64,000 nt of DNA, from positions 1,600,001 through 1,664,000 of the forward strand of contig OY970194.1 in NCBI GenBank assembly GCA_963708075.1, in the 5' to 3' direction. The notes under the pieces are model-generated. The model saw only the letters and a program-made list of their open reading frames with translations. It did not search any database and was not told the DNA's origin. Below are positions 50,026 through 60,337 of the stretch, one piece after another. The position numbers and the translations under genes were made by a program. The stretch is from Sedimentisphaerales bacterium (GTDB taxonomy: Bacteria > Planctomycetota > Phycisphaerae > Sedimentisphaerales > Anaerobacaceae). Numbering within the stretch: position 1 is the stretch's first letter; every line of letters begins with the position of its first letter.

Positions 50026-50046
50026 ATGTGAAGCGTCACCTCCTTC

Positions 50047-50613
50047 TTACACGCAGCAGGCGAGGCGGGTCTTCAGGGACTTTTTGGCTCGGTGGAAGTG
50101 GATGCGGGCGCGCGCCGGGGTGGTGCGGGTGCGGGCGGCGATCTCGGCGTAGTCGAGGTCGTCGTAGCAGCGAAGCTGGAGGATGTCGCGGTGACAACTG
50201 TTGAGTTGTTCGACGGCGGCGGTGATCTGCTGCTGAGTCTCCTCGCGGAGTTGAGCGTCGAGGGGCGTGTCGTCGCAGGCAGAGTCCTCCCCCGCGGCGG
50301 CTTTGGCGTGGAGCAGTCTCGCTTCCAGGCAGGACCGCAGGCGCCGGTCGCGGTGGCCGTTCTGGATCTTGCTCCAGGCGATGCGGTAAATCCAGGGCCA
50401 GAACCGCCGGCTGTCGCGCAGCGTGCCGAGCCCGCAGATCATCGCCAGCAGCGTCTCCTGGACCACGTCCTCGGCCGCATTGTGGTCCAGCGTGGTCCGG
50501 AAGGCGAACGTGTACAGGCGATCCCAGACCACGCGGGCGAGGTGGCCCATCGCTGCCCCATCGCCCGACCGGGCCTCCGCAAGAAACGGGATGGATACGC
50601 TGCTAGCACTCAT
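50047..50613 (-). CDS. ECF-type RNA polymerase sigma factor
   Basis: AEDVVQET, FWPWIYRIA, LDYAEIA, HRAKKSLK; GAGGA RBS. Confidence 0.88.
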   Translation of the reverse strand: MSASSVSIPFLAEARSGDGAAMGHLARVVWDRLYTFAFRTTLDHNAAEDVVQETLLAMICGLGTLRDSRRFWPWIYRIAWSKIQNGHRDRRLRSCLEARLLHAKAAAGEDSACDDTPLDAQLREETQQQITAAVEQLNSCHRDILQLRCYDDLDYAEIAARTRTTPARARIHFHRAKKSLKTRLACCV

Positions 50614-50717
50614 ACTTGGTCCTCGCCTATACAAGGCAGTCCATTGGGTCGAGGTAACAGGAATATCAAGTGTCCGACACAATTATTGGACAAAGGGCGC
50701 TGACAGAGGTTCCCAAG

Positions 50718-50794
50718 TTTGATGTCTGATTTTTGATGTATGATTTTTGAAGCCCCCACATCTCACTTCAAACATCAAGCATCACACTTCGAAC
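50718..50794. repeat. Heptamer tandem-repeat hairpin overlapping a stop codon
   Basis: tttgatg tctgatt tttgatg tatgatt tttgaag ... cttcaaa catcaag catcaca cttcgaa. Confidence 0.75.
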
Positions 50795-52437
50795 TTTCTT
50801 GAGATCGTCTCCTCCGGCCGGGGGGAAGGGTTGTCGCAGGTTTGCTCCTCCGGCCGGCCGATCACGCGCCAGGCAGGCGGCACCAACTCGGGCACGAGCC
50901 ACGGGCTGCCGCAATGATGGCATTTCTCCCCATCCACCCATCGGTCGCGGCCGCAGTTCTGGCATGTGACGCGGGCGGTCTTCGGCCGGGTGATCTGGTA
51001 CGTGACATATGCGGGCAAGGCGAACAGGACGGTCGCCGCCATCCATAGCCGTCTCGTTCGGGCCGGCACGCCCGCGCGACGGGCATCAGCGCCAACGAGC
51101 CGTGCGAGCGCGATACCCACGAACAGGCCGGGCACCAGGAACGGCAGCGCCGACACGAAACAAGGGATTACCGACGACGCGAGGTCCGTATTCTTCATCG
51201 CGGCGAACGAGTTCGGCAGGATGAAGAGCGACCGATGGCCGGCAGTCGCTTCGATGCCCGGCCCCGTGAAATAGGACAGCCACAGCAGCACCGGCGGATG
51301 CAGGCTTTCCAAAATGAACTTCGTTATAGAAAGGGCCGCCGCGCCCGGCAATCGCTCGTACAAGGCCGTGACCATCAGGAGAGTTGTATGTCGCTCCCTG
51401 CCGTCGCCCCGAGGAATCCCTGTGACGGTGCCGTCCTGCCCGCCCACGGCCAGACCATTGGCGTCGAACACGTCCAGCCGCATCGCGGTGCCGTCGCGTG
51501 ACAGCGCCGCCACAGCGTAGCCGGCATATATCTCGCCCCTGCCGAAGAACACGGGATGGACCTCGAATGCAAACAGATCGTCCGGCGGCGGCCGCCGGCC
51601 GGAGGCGAACAGGGCCGCGACATCCGGCAGTCGGCCGACGGAGCCGGTGAACGCCAGCGTCGTGAGATCGAGCATTTGGATGCGTCCCGCCTCATCGAGG
51701 ACGACGATCCGGTCCGGGTTCGTGCCGTAGGTGTAGTGCGGTACCTGAGTGTCAAGGCTGATGTAGAGGCATCCCGGCTGCTTGCGGGGCCAACCGAAAT
51801 CAACCGGCGCAGGGCGCGAGCCGGTAACGGCGAGCCCTGGTGGACCGTCTTGCTGGGCCAGTGGATCGCGAAGAATCGCCGCAAGCTGCGGTCGTACACG
51901 ATGGGACGGTCGAGGTCGCCCGCAATGAGCCGCATGACCGGATCGCGGAATCGGCCAAGCTGCTTGTCAGGCTTTTCCGATATCCCCTCGGGACCGGCAT
52001 ACAGGAGGACGGACTTGGGCACGGCGCTCCCGGTCGATTGAATTACCGGGATCACGGAGTCGAGCACCATCAGGCCGCGAGATCGGTCGAAATAGAATGG
52101 CGGGTCTTTATCGCCCTTGCTCCACACGTACACGGACGATTCAGGCGAGCCAAGCTCGTGGGCTCGCTGATACTGCTGGATGCCAAGCCCCTGCGCAGAC
52201 ACCTCTTCCGGCCTTATCTGGGCGACGAAACGCAAGGGAATACCGTTTGGGTCTCTACCGGTCTTGCGCAATGAGACGCGAGGCGTCGACCACGACTGTC
52301 CGGGCCTGCTCGGGAAGCAGCGAATACCGTGCGGATTCGCAGCCCCACCGGGCCCAGAACAGAACAAGCACGGTCACGAACAGCACGAGGAAACCCGTTG
52401 CTAGAACGTACAGAGTACTGTATCTTCGCGTTTTCAT
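50782..52437 (-). CDS. Hypothetical membrane protein with a C-terminal Zn-ribbon; two apparent frameshifts (about 52258 and 51820)
   Basis: Three consecutive frames: MKTRRY+TM; RDPNGIP...FFAIHW; DFGWPRKQ...MLDLTT...CQNC...CHHC. Last gene of the ABC operon. Confidence 0.65.
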
Positions 52438-52446
52438 AGCCGACAC

Positions 52447-53068
52447 CTACAAGGAAATGGACGTGAAGCGATACCACACGCGCAGCAGCGCCGCGGTGCA
52501 AAACAGCAGCAGGAGCACAATTGCCAGGGCCCCGAAGCCCTTGACGGTCACAAACAGCATGACAAGCACCATGCCGAAGAGGACGCTCAAGGCGGGGAAT
52601 ACCTTGTTCGCCGTCCAGCCCATCAGCAGGCCGACACAATAGCAGGCGAAACCTGTCAGGGCCACTGTTACGAACACCTCGGCGATTGTACGCCCGTACC
52701 ATGTGGGAGGCAGCGATGTGAAGTGCAGGATCGCGACGGCTGTGATCAGCAGCGGCACGAGCATCATGAGAATGATCGCGGCCCCGGCCAGGACTCTCGC
52801 CGCCAGAATCCGACTGCGCGTGACCGCCGACGCCGCCAGCAGCGCGGAGACCCGGTTTGCCCGGTCCGTGTACATCTGCGACGCGCCGAGGAGGCAGAAG
52901 AGGACGAGCAACACGGGGACCATCAGGCCAATAATCACCGGGCTGATCTCCGCGATGTCCCAGACAGCGACCACGATTGTCAGAGCGATGGTGCCGACGG
53001 TGACGAGAACCCGCCAGCGCGATGTGCACGTAATGGTCCTGGATCTCACGAGCGATCAGAGTCAGCAT
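52447..53068 (-). CDS. ABC-2-type permease-like membrane protein; apparent frameshift near 53010
   Basis: MLTLIAREI start in one frame, hydrophobic body (QMYTDR...VTRSRILAAR) in the next. Confidence 0.7.
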
Positions 53069-53069
53069 C

Positions 53070-53984
53070 TTACACCTCGCTTTCCTGCAGGATGGGGGCC
53101 GACGCGGGACGGGTGCACTCGACGAAGATGTCCTCCAGCGTCATGGGCATCTCCGTGCAGCTTTCCGGCTTGAACGTTTCGAGAATCGCCTGCTTTTGCG
53201 GATTCCAGTTGGCGACGGTCAGGACCATCTCCCGGCCCTGGCTTTGTTGATGGATGATCTCCGTGATGTACAAGTCCTCGGGCGCCCGCTCGGGGAAGAT
53301 GATGCGGAGCTTCTTGATGCGGTTCTTGAGCTCCTCCAGCGTGCAATCGATGACGATCTTGCCCGCGACGAGGACGCCGACGCGGTCGGCGATCCGCTCG
53401 ACGTCGCCGAGGATGTGCGAGCTGAACAGGATCGTCCTGCCCTGACGCTGGATGACGTCAATGGCCAGCTCAAGAAACTGCCGGCGAGCGACGGTGTCGA
53501 GGCCGAGGGTCGGGTCGTCGAGGATCAGCAGCTCGGGGTCGATAGCCATCGCCAGGGCGAGATTGAGTTGTGCCCGCATGCCGGCAGACAGCTCGCGAAC
53601 CTTGCGGTCCATCGGCAGCCGGAACGTCTCGACCAGGCGGCCGAAGAACTCCCCGTTCCACTGCAGCGACAGCCCCTTGCACAGGCCGATGAGCCGCAGG
53701 ACCCTGTAGCTCTGGATCAGGTTGTGCCCCTCCGCGACGTAGCCGACGCGGCCGTGTGCGTTGGCGGACAGCCGCATGGACTCCTCGCCCAACACGAACG
53801 TGCGGCCCCGCGTCGGCGGCTCCAGGCCGAGCAGAATGCGGATCATCGTGGTCTTGCCCGAGCCGTTGCGGCCGAGCAAGCCGTAGATGCACCCCCGCGG
53901 CACCTGCAGGCTCACCCCGTCCAGCACGCACCGGCCATCGTAGTACTTGACCAAATCCTCAACGACAATCGGGTTGTCATTCAT
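53070..53984 (-). CDS. ABC transporter ATP-binding protein
   Basis: GRNGSGKTT, LSAGM, LILDDPTLGLD, SSH. Confidence 0.93.
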   Translation of the reverse strand: MNDNPIVVEDLVKYYDGRCVLDGVSLQVPRGCIYGLLGRNGSGKTTMIRILLGLEPPTRGRTFVLGEESMRLSANAHGRVGYVAEGHNLIQSYRVLRLIGLCKGLSLQWNGEFFGRLVETFRLPMDRKVRELSAGMRAQLNLALAMAIDPELLILDDPTLGLDTVARRQFLELAIDVIQRQGRTILFSSHILGDVERIADRVGVLVAGKIVIDCTLEELKNRIKKLRIIFPERAPEDLYITEIIHQQSQGREMVLTVANWNPQKQAILETFKPESCTEMPMTLEDIFVECTRPASAPILQESEV

Positions 53985-54028
53985 AGCCAATCCTCGTGCA
54001 CATCTAACCGTGACATCATAGTGTACCT

Positions 54029-54763
54029 TCAATCGGCGACATACGTGAATTCCCGCTTGTTCAGCAGAAGAATTCCTGCCGCGCCATACAGGACAATCAA
54101 CAAAAGGCTGTGAGCGACACTGGCGACACATCCCGGCAGGCTGCACTTGCCCCGGCCCATCCGCACCAGCAGTTCCACCGGCGGACCTGCGTACTGCAAG
54201 ACTCCATGGTAGATCTTCGTGGCGGCGCTGTCTTCAAAAAACAGCAGGAGCATGTACAGCGGAAACACCGCCGCGATCGTGGCCAGGACCAGCACCATGG
54301 AATTCTGCTCGCGGCTGGCCACCACGGACACGGATGTGGACAATGCAGCCCAGGCGTTGAAGATCAGCCACGAGGCGAGCAGCCACACGGTGAAATGATC
54401 GATGCCTCCCCTGCCCGACAGCCGATGCAGGAACAGAATCAACGCCCCTGCTGCCAACAGGTGGACCGCCCCCTGCAATGATAATCCCAGAAAACGGTAC
54501 AGGTAGAGCTCCCAAAGGTGGATCGGCTCGGTCACCACCATGCGTATCCGGCCGGACGCGATGTCGTCGCCGAAGATGCCGGCGCTAAGGACCAGGGGCA
54601 GAAGGCATCCGGTCCACGCGAATACGAAGCCTCCCCACTGCCACGCGTCCGGCGGCATAGGAATCAGAAAGATCGCCGCACAAGTCCCGAGCCAGCACAG
54701 GTGCATGAAGCGAAGGCTCGCCTTCCGCAGGAACGTCTCCGCAATGAGTGTGCGGGCTTTCAT
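54029..54763 (-). CDS. ABC transporter permease
   Basis: Multiple TM segments, DDIASGRI motif; ATGA overlap with the upstream ATPase. Confidence 0.75.
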   Translation of the reverse strand: MKARTLIAETFLRKASLRFMHLCWLGTCAAIFLIPMPPDAWQWGGFVFAWTGCLLPLVLSAGIFGDDIASGRIRMVVTEPIHLWELYLYRFLGLSLQGAVHLLAAGALILFLHRLSGRGGIDHFTVWLLASWLIFNAWAALSTSVSVVASREQNSMVLVLATIAAVFPLYMLLLFFEDSAATKIYHGVLQYAGPPVELLVRMGRGKCSLPGCVASVAHSLLLIVLYGAAGILLLNKREFTYVAD

Positions 54764-55716
54764 GACTGGCTCCTCCCATGGCACAGACGCATGAAGGTCT
54801 GTTCAATGTCCTGGGGTTCGAGAGCAACGCCCGTAATGTCCGCCCCCGCCCGTACGAGCGAGCCGACGACGCCGGGGACATCTTCAATGCCGTTAACAGC
54901 GACGATCAGCCGCGTCTCGGATTTCTCCAACGGCCTGTAAGGCGCCAACGCTTCCTCGCGAATAGCGGGACTGCCGGGCAGAAACTCGATCCGCAGCCGT
55001 GCCATTTGCCCGACAGGCATTTCGCCGCCAAACGTGAGGATCCGGCCCTGGTGCAGAAAAACGTACTCCGATGTCAGCTTCTCCAACTCACCCAGGCGAT
55101 GGGAACTGATGATGATCGTTGCCCCGGATTCCCGGACTTCCGTGAGCACGCGCCGCAACTCGATGACGCCAATTGGATCGAGGCCGTTACTCGGCTCATC
55201 CAGAAGCAGCAATCTTGGACGGTCGAGCAACGCGACGGCCAACGCAAGGCGCTGTCTCATTCCCTGCGAAAACCCGCCCACGGCGCGGTCGGCATACTCC
55301 TCAAGCCGCAGCTCGATCAACAACCTCTCGGTCTCGTCAGCGATGCCCTTCCTGGACAGGCCATGCAGAGCGGCGTGATGCTTCAGGACCGCACGTGCGG
55401 AATAGCGTGGCAGGAATGCCGGCGACTCAGGGACGTAGCCCAGGCTGCGCCTGGCCTCCAGGGACCGTGCCGGATGCCCGCAGACGCGAATCGTGCCGCC
55501 GGTCGGAAAAATCAGACCCGCGATGAGGCTCAGGAACGTCGTCTTGCCGGCCCCGTTCGGTCCGATCAGGCCGATGATCGTCCCGCCGCCAACGCACAGC
55601 GAGACATTGTCCAGGGCGAGAACCGACGTCTTACGCCCGGCCCCCGCGCCTTTGTAGACCTTCGTGACCTCGCGGCATTCAATCACGGTGCCCTTCTCGC
55701 TCTCACCGCTGTTCAT
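54760..55716 (-). CDS. ABC transporter ATP-binding protein
   Basis: GPNGAGKTT, FSQGMRQR, LLLDEPSNGLD, SSH. Confidence 0.93.
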   Translation of the reverse strand: MNSGESEKGTVIECREVTKVYKGAGAGRKTSVLALDNVSLCVGGGTIIGLIGPNGAGKTTFLSLIAGLIFPTGGTIRVCGHPARSLEARRSLGYVPESPAFLPRYSARAVLKHHAALHGLSRKGIADETERLLIELRLEEYADRAVGGFSQGMRQRLALAVALLDRPRLLLLDEPSNGLDPIGVIELRRVLTEVRESGATIIISSHRLGELEKLTSEYVFLHQGRILTFGGEMPVGQMARLRIEFLPGSPAIREEALAPYRPLEKSETRLIVAVNGIEDVPGVVGSLVRAGADITGVALEPQDIEQTFMRLCHGRSQS

Positions 55717-55744
55717 TTCCGCCCTCGCCGAACATCTGCCCGAC

Positions 55745-56140
55745 CTACTCCTTCCCGGACATCAGGTTGAATTTCTCCAACGCCGTGCTGAACCAATCGG
55801 TAAGTGTCTGCTTGTCGATCTGCATGTGGAACGCTTCGACGGTGATCCGCTCCAGCTCATCGCAAATCAGCTTGCGTCGCACGGCCCGGCTCAGCGCGCT
55901 GTCGAGCCCGGCGACGAACGCCCCCGCCCCGGAGCGAGTGACGATGATCCCCTCCTGCTCGAGCTGGCGGTACGCCTTGGCGATCGTGTTGGGATTGATG
56001 GCAAGCTGTTGGGCAAGCTGTCGCACCGTGGGCAGCCGCTCCTCCCTGGCCAGCCGGCCCAAGGCAATATCCCGCTTCACCTGATCGATGATCTGCAGGT
56101 ACACCGGCCTGTCCGACGCATTGTCGATCCGAAACTGCAT
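55745..56140 (-). CDS. GntR-family regulator, YtrA subfamily
   Basis: PVYLQI, LPTVRQLA, NPNTIAKAYRQLE, G.GAFV; short C-terminal domain; heads an ABC operon. Confidence 0.93.
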   Translation of the reverse strand: MQFRIDNASDRPVYLQIIDQVKRDIALGRLAREERLPTVRQLAQQLAINPNTIAKAYRQLEQEGIIVTRSGAGAFVAGLDSALSRAVRRKLICDELERITVEAFHMQIDKQTLTDWFSTALEKFNLMSGKE

Positions 56141-56159
56141 AACGCTCCGCCCGAATCAC

Positions 56160-56210
56160 TTGTACTACTGCAACTAATACAATCATAGAACTCCCGCCCC
56201 CACCCGTCAA
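56160..56210 (-). promoter_or_regulatory. Promoter plus palindromic YtrA-type operator
   Basis: Minus strand TTGACG-17 nt-TATGAT (56210-56182), followed directly by the imperfect palindrome TTGTATTAG-N5-AGTAGTACAA region (56160-56182). Confidence 0.7.
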
Positions 56211-56275
56211 GCAGGATTATCAAAATTCTTTCCGGATGTGCGCACGACCTGCGAATGACGCCCAACGTCCTTCAC

Positions 56276-56543
56276 GTAGGGCGAGCGTCCCCGCTCACTA
56301 CCGATTGCGATCGACAATTTCGTGTCTTCGGGTGGCAGCCGGGTGCCATGCTTACGCTCGCGTAAGCATGTTTTGAATACTGGACTTCACATGTCTGCAC
56401 GGGCGTAGACATGGCACCCGGCCCGATGACAGCCCGTTGCATGGACCCTGTCATCCTGAGCGTAGCGAAGGATCCGGGCCGAGCATGAGAACGAGCGTTG
56501 GTTATGTTCGTTACCGGTATGCTTCACTTCGTTCAGCATGACA
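56276..56543. repeat. Stack of three REP families
   Basis: GTAGGGCGAGCGTCCCCGCTCAC (56276-56298); GGGTGCCATG doublet (56341-56419); GTCATCCTGAGC doublet (56448-56543). Confidence 0.85.
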
Positions 56544-56717
56544 AACGAGCCTTGTCTTCCCCACGGGATGTAGTCGCACACGTGCCCGTGCCTGCGGATC
56601 GCCCGGCTTGACGTCTCCGGCCGGGCAGGATAGAGTACGCTCGTGTTCGCGGAAATCGATGCCCCGGCGAGCCCGGGACAATAGCTGCGAACACGACCAT
56701 GAAAGGAGAGGCCCGGA

Positions 56718-57194
56718 ATGGTGCGAACACGAAAGAGCTGGCGGGAGAAGCTGGAAAATCCGGTGGCGGGTCTGCCGAAAGTCTGTGAGGTACCGGACAA
56801 ATGGGTCAAGACGATGGGCGGGCGCCAGATCCTTGTACCGACGCCCATGATGGTGGATGAGTACGTGCGGACCGTTCCGGAGCGAAAGCTCGTCACCGTC
56901 GGCCAGATTCGCCGACGCCTGGCCGAGCCATTCAAGGCCGACTCGACCTGTCCCCTGACCACGGGCATCTTCCTTCGCATCATCTCCGAGGCCGCTGAGG
57001 AGGACCGCCAGGCCGGCAGGAGCACCATCACCCCCTGGTGGCGGGTCATCAAAGATGACGGCGGCTTGAACCCCAAGGTTCCCGGCGGCATCGAGGGCCA
57101 CGCAGAAAAGTTGAAACGGGAAGGCCACGAGGTCGTTGCAGTCAAAGGCAAGAAGCCGCCACGCGTGGCCGATTTCGAGAAGTCTCTGGTGTAG
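56718..57194 (+). CDS. Alkyltransferase-like (ATL, MGMT DNA-binding family) protein
   Basis: VPERKLVT.GQI helix-turn-helix; PWWRV in place of catalytic PCHRV; LNPK.PGG, LKREG. Confidence 0.82.
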   Translation: MVRTRKSWREKLENPVAGLPKVCEVPDKWVKTMGGRQILVPTPMMVDEYVRTVPERKLVTVGQIRRRLAEPFKADSTCPLTTGIFLRIISEAAEEDRQAGRSTITPWWRVIKDDGGLNPKVPGGIEGHAEKLKREGHEVVAVKGKKPPRVADFEKSLV

Positions 57195-57229
57195 GTGCCG
57201 CCCGGGCAATGACGCTCGAAGCCAACGTC

Positions 57230-58654
57230 TCAGTTCGCCGGGCCGTCATCGGAGTTGATGGCTGCTGGCGCTGCCGGTGTCTCCGCCTTGATCTTCACGT
57301 CATCGACAAACCAGTCGTCATACGCCTGTGAGGCGTCCGCCGTGCCGACACTTCGGATCCGGAACCTGAAATCCGCGTGCAGTGCCTCCGCAGGCAGCAC
57401 CAGCGTTCTCTTCACGAACACTGTCATATCCGGCCCCCGGCCCGGCTCCCGGCTTAACTCCACCCATGTCGAGCCGTTGGAATATTCGACAATCAGATCG
57501 TCATCTGCATCCGGCGACTCGCCGCCGCCGGTGCGCTGATAGTGGTACGTCAGCATCGCCCGGGAACAGGAGGACAAGTCCAGCGTGACGGATTCAACCG
57601 AGTCGCCGCCATGGGGATAGCCGTTCAAACGCAGCGAACAGGGGGCGGAAGGCTCTTCCATGCCGGCGCCATCCACCGTGGCGCCGTTCACCAGGGTCCA
57701 GTTGCCGGTATCGATGGTCGCCGATGGGAAGGTATCCTCAAAAATGACGGCGGCAGCGGATGGTCCATGAGGCCGCGCGACCCACGTGAGCGCATTGGCC
57801 ATCAGAAGCGCGCCGTCGGTGGACACATCCCACAAATCGCTCCCCGCGTCGGATGACACAGGGTAGAATCCAAGGTCCACGCGCCGCGTGTCGCCGATCA
57901 TCTTGGTGACGACCAACGGCCGCCCATCCCATGCCAGGTCATTAGGGTACGCTCCCGGAGACGGAAATGCATCCACGATGAAGAGATCCGCCGGGTTCAG
58001 CTTATAGATCATGCGAGCCACGTTGTCCGAGTGCCACAGGAACCGGCCGTCGAACGCCATACCCATCGGGAACTCTCCAATGGCGTCGAATACGGCCACG
58101 ACGGCCCCTCCGCGTGTCATGCAATAGATCCTGTCCGGAGTTCCCGACGCGAAGTCCGTCGCGGTATCGCTGCACCACAGGTGAGTCCCATCGAACTCCA
58201 GCCCGGAAGGGCCGGGACCAGGTGAGGGAAAAGAGAGGAGCACCGCCCCATCCGCAGGATCCAGCTTGTAACTCCTGTCCCCGTCCGACTCGGCATACCA
58301 AAGCGCAGAGCCATCCCACGCCAGGCCGTTCGGATACGTGCCCGGCAGCGGAATGGACCGGACCACGGCGCCAGTGTTCGGATCGACCCGGTACGCTTTC
58401 ATCGTTCCATGGTCCGAGACCCAGAGACAGGTCCCGTCCCACGTGAGTCCGGAGTTTCCCTCACATGGTGACGGCATGGCCGTCACGAGTTTGGCCGGTG
58501 AGGCTGTGGGCAACTGGGGGGAAGCAGCGGCAAGGACGTTCCTGCCTGCGCCTTGTGACGCGTCTGTGCCATTGCCCTTCATGTCCGCCCGTGCGGATGC
58601 GGCGCCTATGGCGAGAGCTACCATGGAGATCAATGCGAGCCTCTTGCCTTCCAT
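57230..58654 (-). CDS. Secreted protein with beta-propeller (GLxWDG) repeats and a C-terminal reelin-like jelly-roll domain
   Basis: Signal peptide; five G/D-L/M-x-W/F-DG repeats; C-terminal ESPD...LIVEY...W..L...LP.EA...FRFR...DDWFVDDV. Confidence 0.7.
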   Translation of the reverse strand: MEGKRLALISMVALAIGAASARADMKGNGTDASQGAGRNVLAAASPQLPTASPAKLVTAMPSPCEGNSGLTWDGTCLWVSDHGTMKAYRVDPNTGAVVRSIPLPGTYPNGLAWDGSALWYAESDGDRSYKLDPADGAVLLSFPSPGPGPSGLEFDGTHLWCSDTATDFASGTPDRIYCMTRGGAVVAVFDAIGEFPMGMAFDGRFLWHSDNVARMIYKLNPADLFIVDAFPSPGAYPNDLAWDGRPLVVTKMIGDTRRVDLGFYPVSSDAGSDLWDVSTDGALLMANALTWVARPHGPSAAAVIFEDTFPSATIDTGNWTLVNGATVDGAGMEEPSAPCSLRLNGYPHGGDSVESVTLDLSSCSRAMLTYHYQRTGGGESPDADDDLIVEYSNGSTWVELSREPGRGPDMTVFVKRTLVLPAEALHADFRFRIRSVGTADASQAYDDWFVDDVKIKAETPAAPAAINSDDGPAN

Positions 58655-58885
58655 GGCTTACCTCCTTGTCCATACTCCACTCGTGATTTCGACACGGTTA
58701 TGGGATACTAGCAGCCGCCCAAACGCGCGTCTATCAGGGAAATGCCTAGGCTCCAGGCGAGCGCCCCCGGGTCGCTCGATTGATTCTTGGATGGCGGCGG
58801 GTCGCAGTGTATGATGAGAGGGGCCGGGAGTCGTGCCTGGAGCCGACGGGAAGGTCCCGGAGATTGCGACGACGGGAGATGGTTC

Positions 58886-59513
58886 ATGAAATCGAAGACA
58901 GTCGTGATTGCAGGCGTGGCGGTCGTTGTACTGGTGCTGATCGGTGCGGCGGCGTTATTCGTGATGCCGAGCGGGCCCCGGCTGGAGGACGTCAAGCACC
59001 TGCTGGAGCCGCGGATCGTCACGCTGCCCAGTCAGCGAGTGCTTGTCGTCGAGGCCAAAGGCGATCCGACTGTCATGGGCAGCGAGGCTTTCGGCCTGCT
59101 GTTCAAGACCTATTACAGGCTCAAAGGTGTGCCGAAGGGTCCCAGGCAGCCGGCGCCGCGGGCCCGGTGGCCGTTGTCGCTCGATACGCGGAAAGAGCAA
59201 TGGATCGGCCGGTACGCGATGCCCGTGCCCGATAGCGTCGGCTCGCTTCCGGAACAAGCGGCGAGCGCTTCAGGGCTGCGCCGACCTGGCGACGTGGGAG
59301 TACGGCCAGGTCGCGGAGATCCTGCACGTCGGCCCGTACAGCGAGGAGGAGCCGACGATTCGAAAGCTGCTGCAGTTCGTCAAGGACAGCGGATACGTGA
59401 CGACGGGCGAGCATGAAGAGGAGTATCTCAAGGGGCCCGGAATGTTCGGGACGGGCGGGCCGGAGAAGTACCTGACCATCATTCGATACAGGCTCAAGAA
59501 GGCGGGCGGATGA
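58886..59513 (+). CDS. GyrI-like small-molecule-binding protein with an N-terminal anchor; apparent frameshift near 59280
   Basis: KGDP...AF..LF, PRARW in one frame; WEYGQVAEILHVGPYSEEEPTI...HEEEYL...TIIRY in the next. Confidence 0.78.
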
Positions 59514-60295
59514 ACGTCCAACACCTTAAGAACAGGCCAAAGATCGAGGCGTTCCTGCGACACAGTCCCGAGTTGCACATCTACAGCCTCGGCGACCTGG
59601 ACGACTTCTTCTGGCCCTATACGACGTGGTACGGTTGGGAGGAAGGCGGGGAGCTGAAGGAGATCGCGATGATCTACATGAGCCGGACGCTGCCCACGCT
59701 GGTCGGGATCTCGCAAGAGCCGGAGCTCATGCACAGGCTGCTCGGCGAGATCATCCCCCTGCTGCCCGAGTTGTTCTATGCACACCTGAGCCAGGGCGCA
59801 GAGCACGCCTTTTCCTGGACTCACGTGCTGGAGTCCCATGGCCTGCACTACAAGATGGCGCTTCGGGACACTGCGTGCGTTCGGGACATCGATTGCTCCG
59901 CGGTCGCTCAACTGACGGTGCGGGACTCGGTGGACCTGGTCCGGCTGTACCAGGAGAGCTATCCGGGCAACTGGTTCGATCTGCGGGCGCTGGAGACCGG
60001 GCAATACTTCGGCGTTCGGCAGGACGGCCGGCTGGTCAGCGTGGCGGGCGTGCACGTTTATTCCGAGCGGTACGCCGTGGCCGCCCTGGGCAATATCGTC
60101 ACGCATCCGGCCTATCGCCGGCGGGGATACGCCAGGCAGGTGACCGCCCGTTTATGCCGGTCGGTCCTTCAGAAGGTCGAGCACGTCGGCCTCAACGTGA
60201 GGGCGAACAACGACGCGGCCATCGCATGCTATGCCGGCCTCGGCTTCGAAATCGTCGCCCCATACACCGAGTTCACCATCACCAAAAGAGCGTAA
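59510..60295 (+). CDS. GNAT family N-acetyltransferase
   Basis: LGNIVTHPAYRRRGYA, LNVRANNDAAIACYAGLGF. Confidence 0.9.
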   Translation: MNVQHLKNRPKIEAFLRHSPELHIYSLGDLDDFFWPYTTWYGWEEGGELKEIAMIYMSRTLPTLVGISQEPELMHRLLGEIIPLLPELFYAHLSQGAEHAFSWTHVLESHGLHYKMALRDTACVRDIDCSAVAQLTVRDSVDLVRLYQESYPGNWFDLRALETGQYFGVRQDGRLVSVAGVHVYSERYAVAALGNIVTHPAYRRRGYARQVTARLCRSVLQKVEHVGLNVRANNDAAIACYAGLGFEIVAPYTEFTITKRA

Positions 60296-60337
60296 TACCA
60301 CAGCGCAACTTGATGCCAGAAGGTCGGTCTATCCCTG

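Noticed and set aside
56718..57194. Active O6-methylguanine methyltransferase (ogt/ada)
   Set aside because: The catalytic Cys motif PCHR is replaced by PWWR, indicating a non-catalytic ATL protein.
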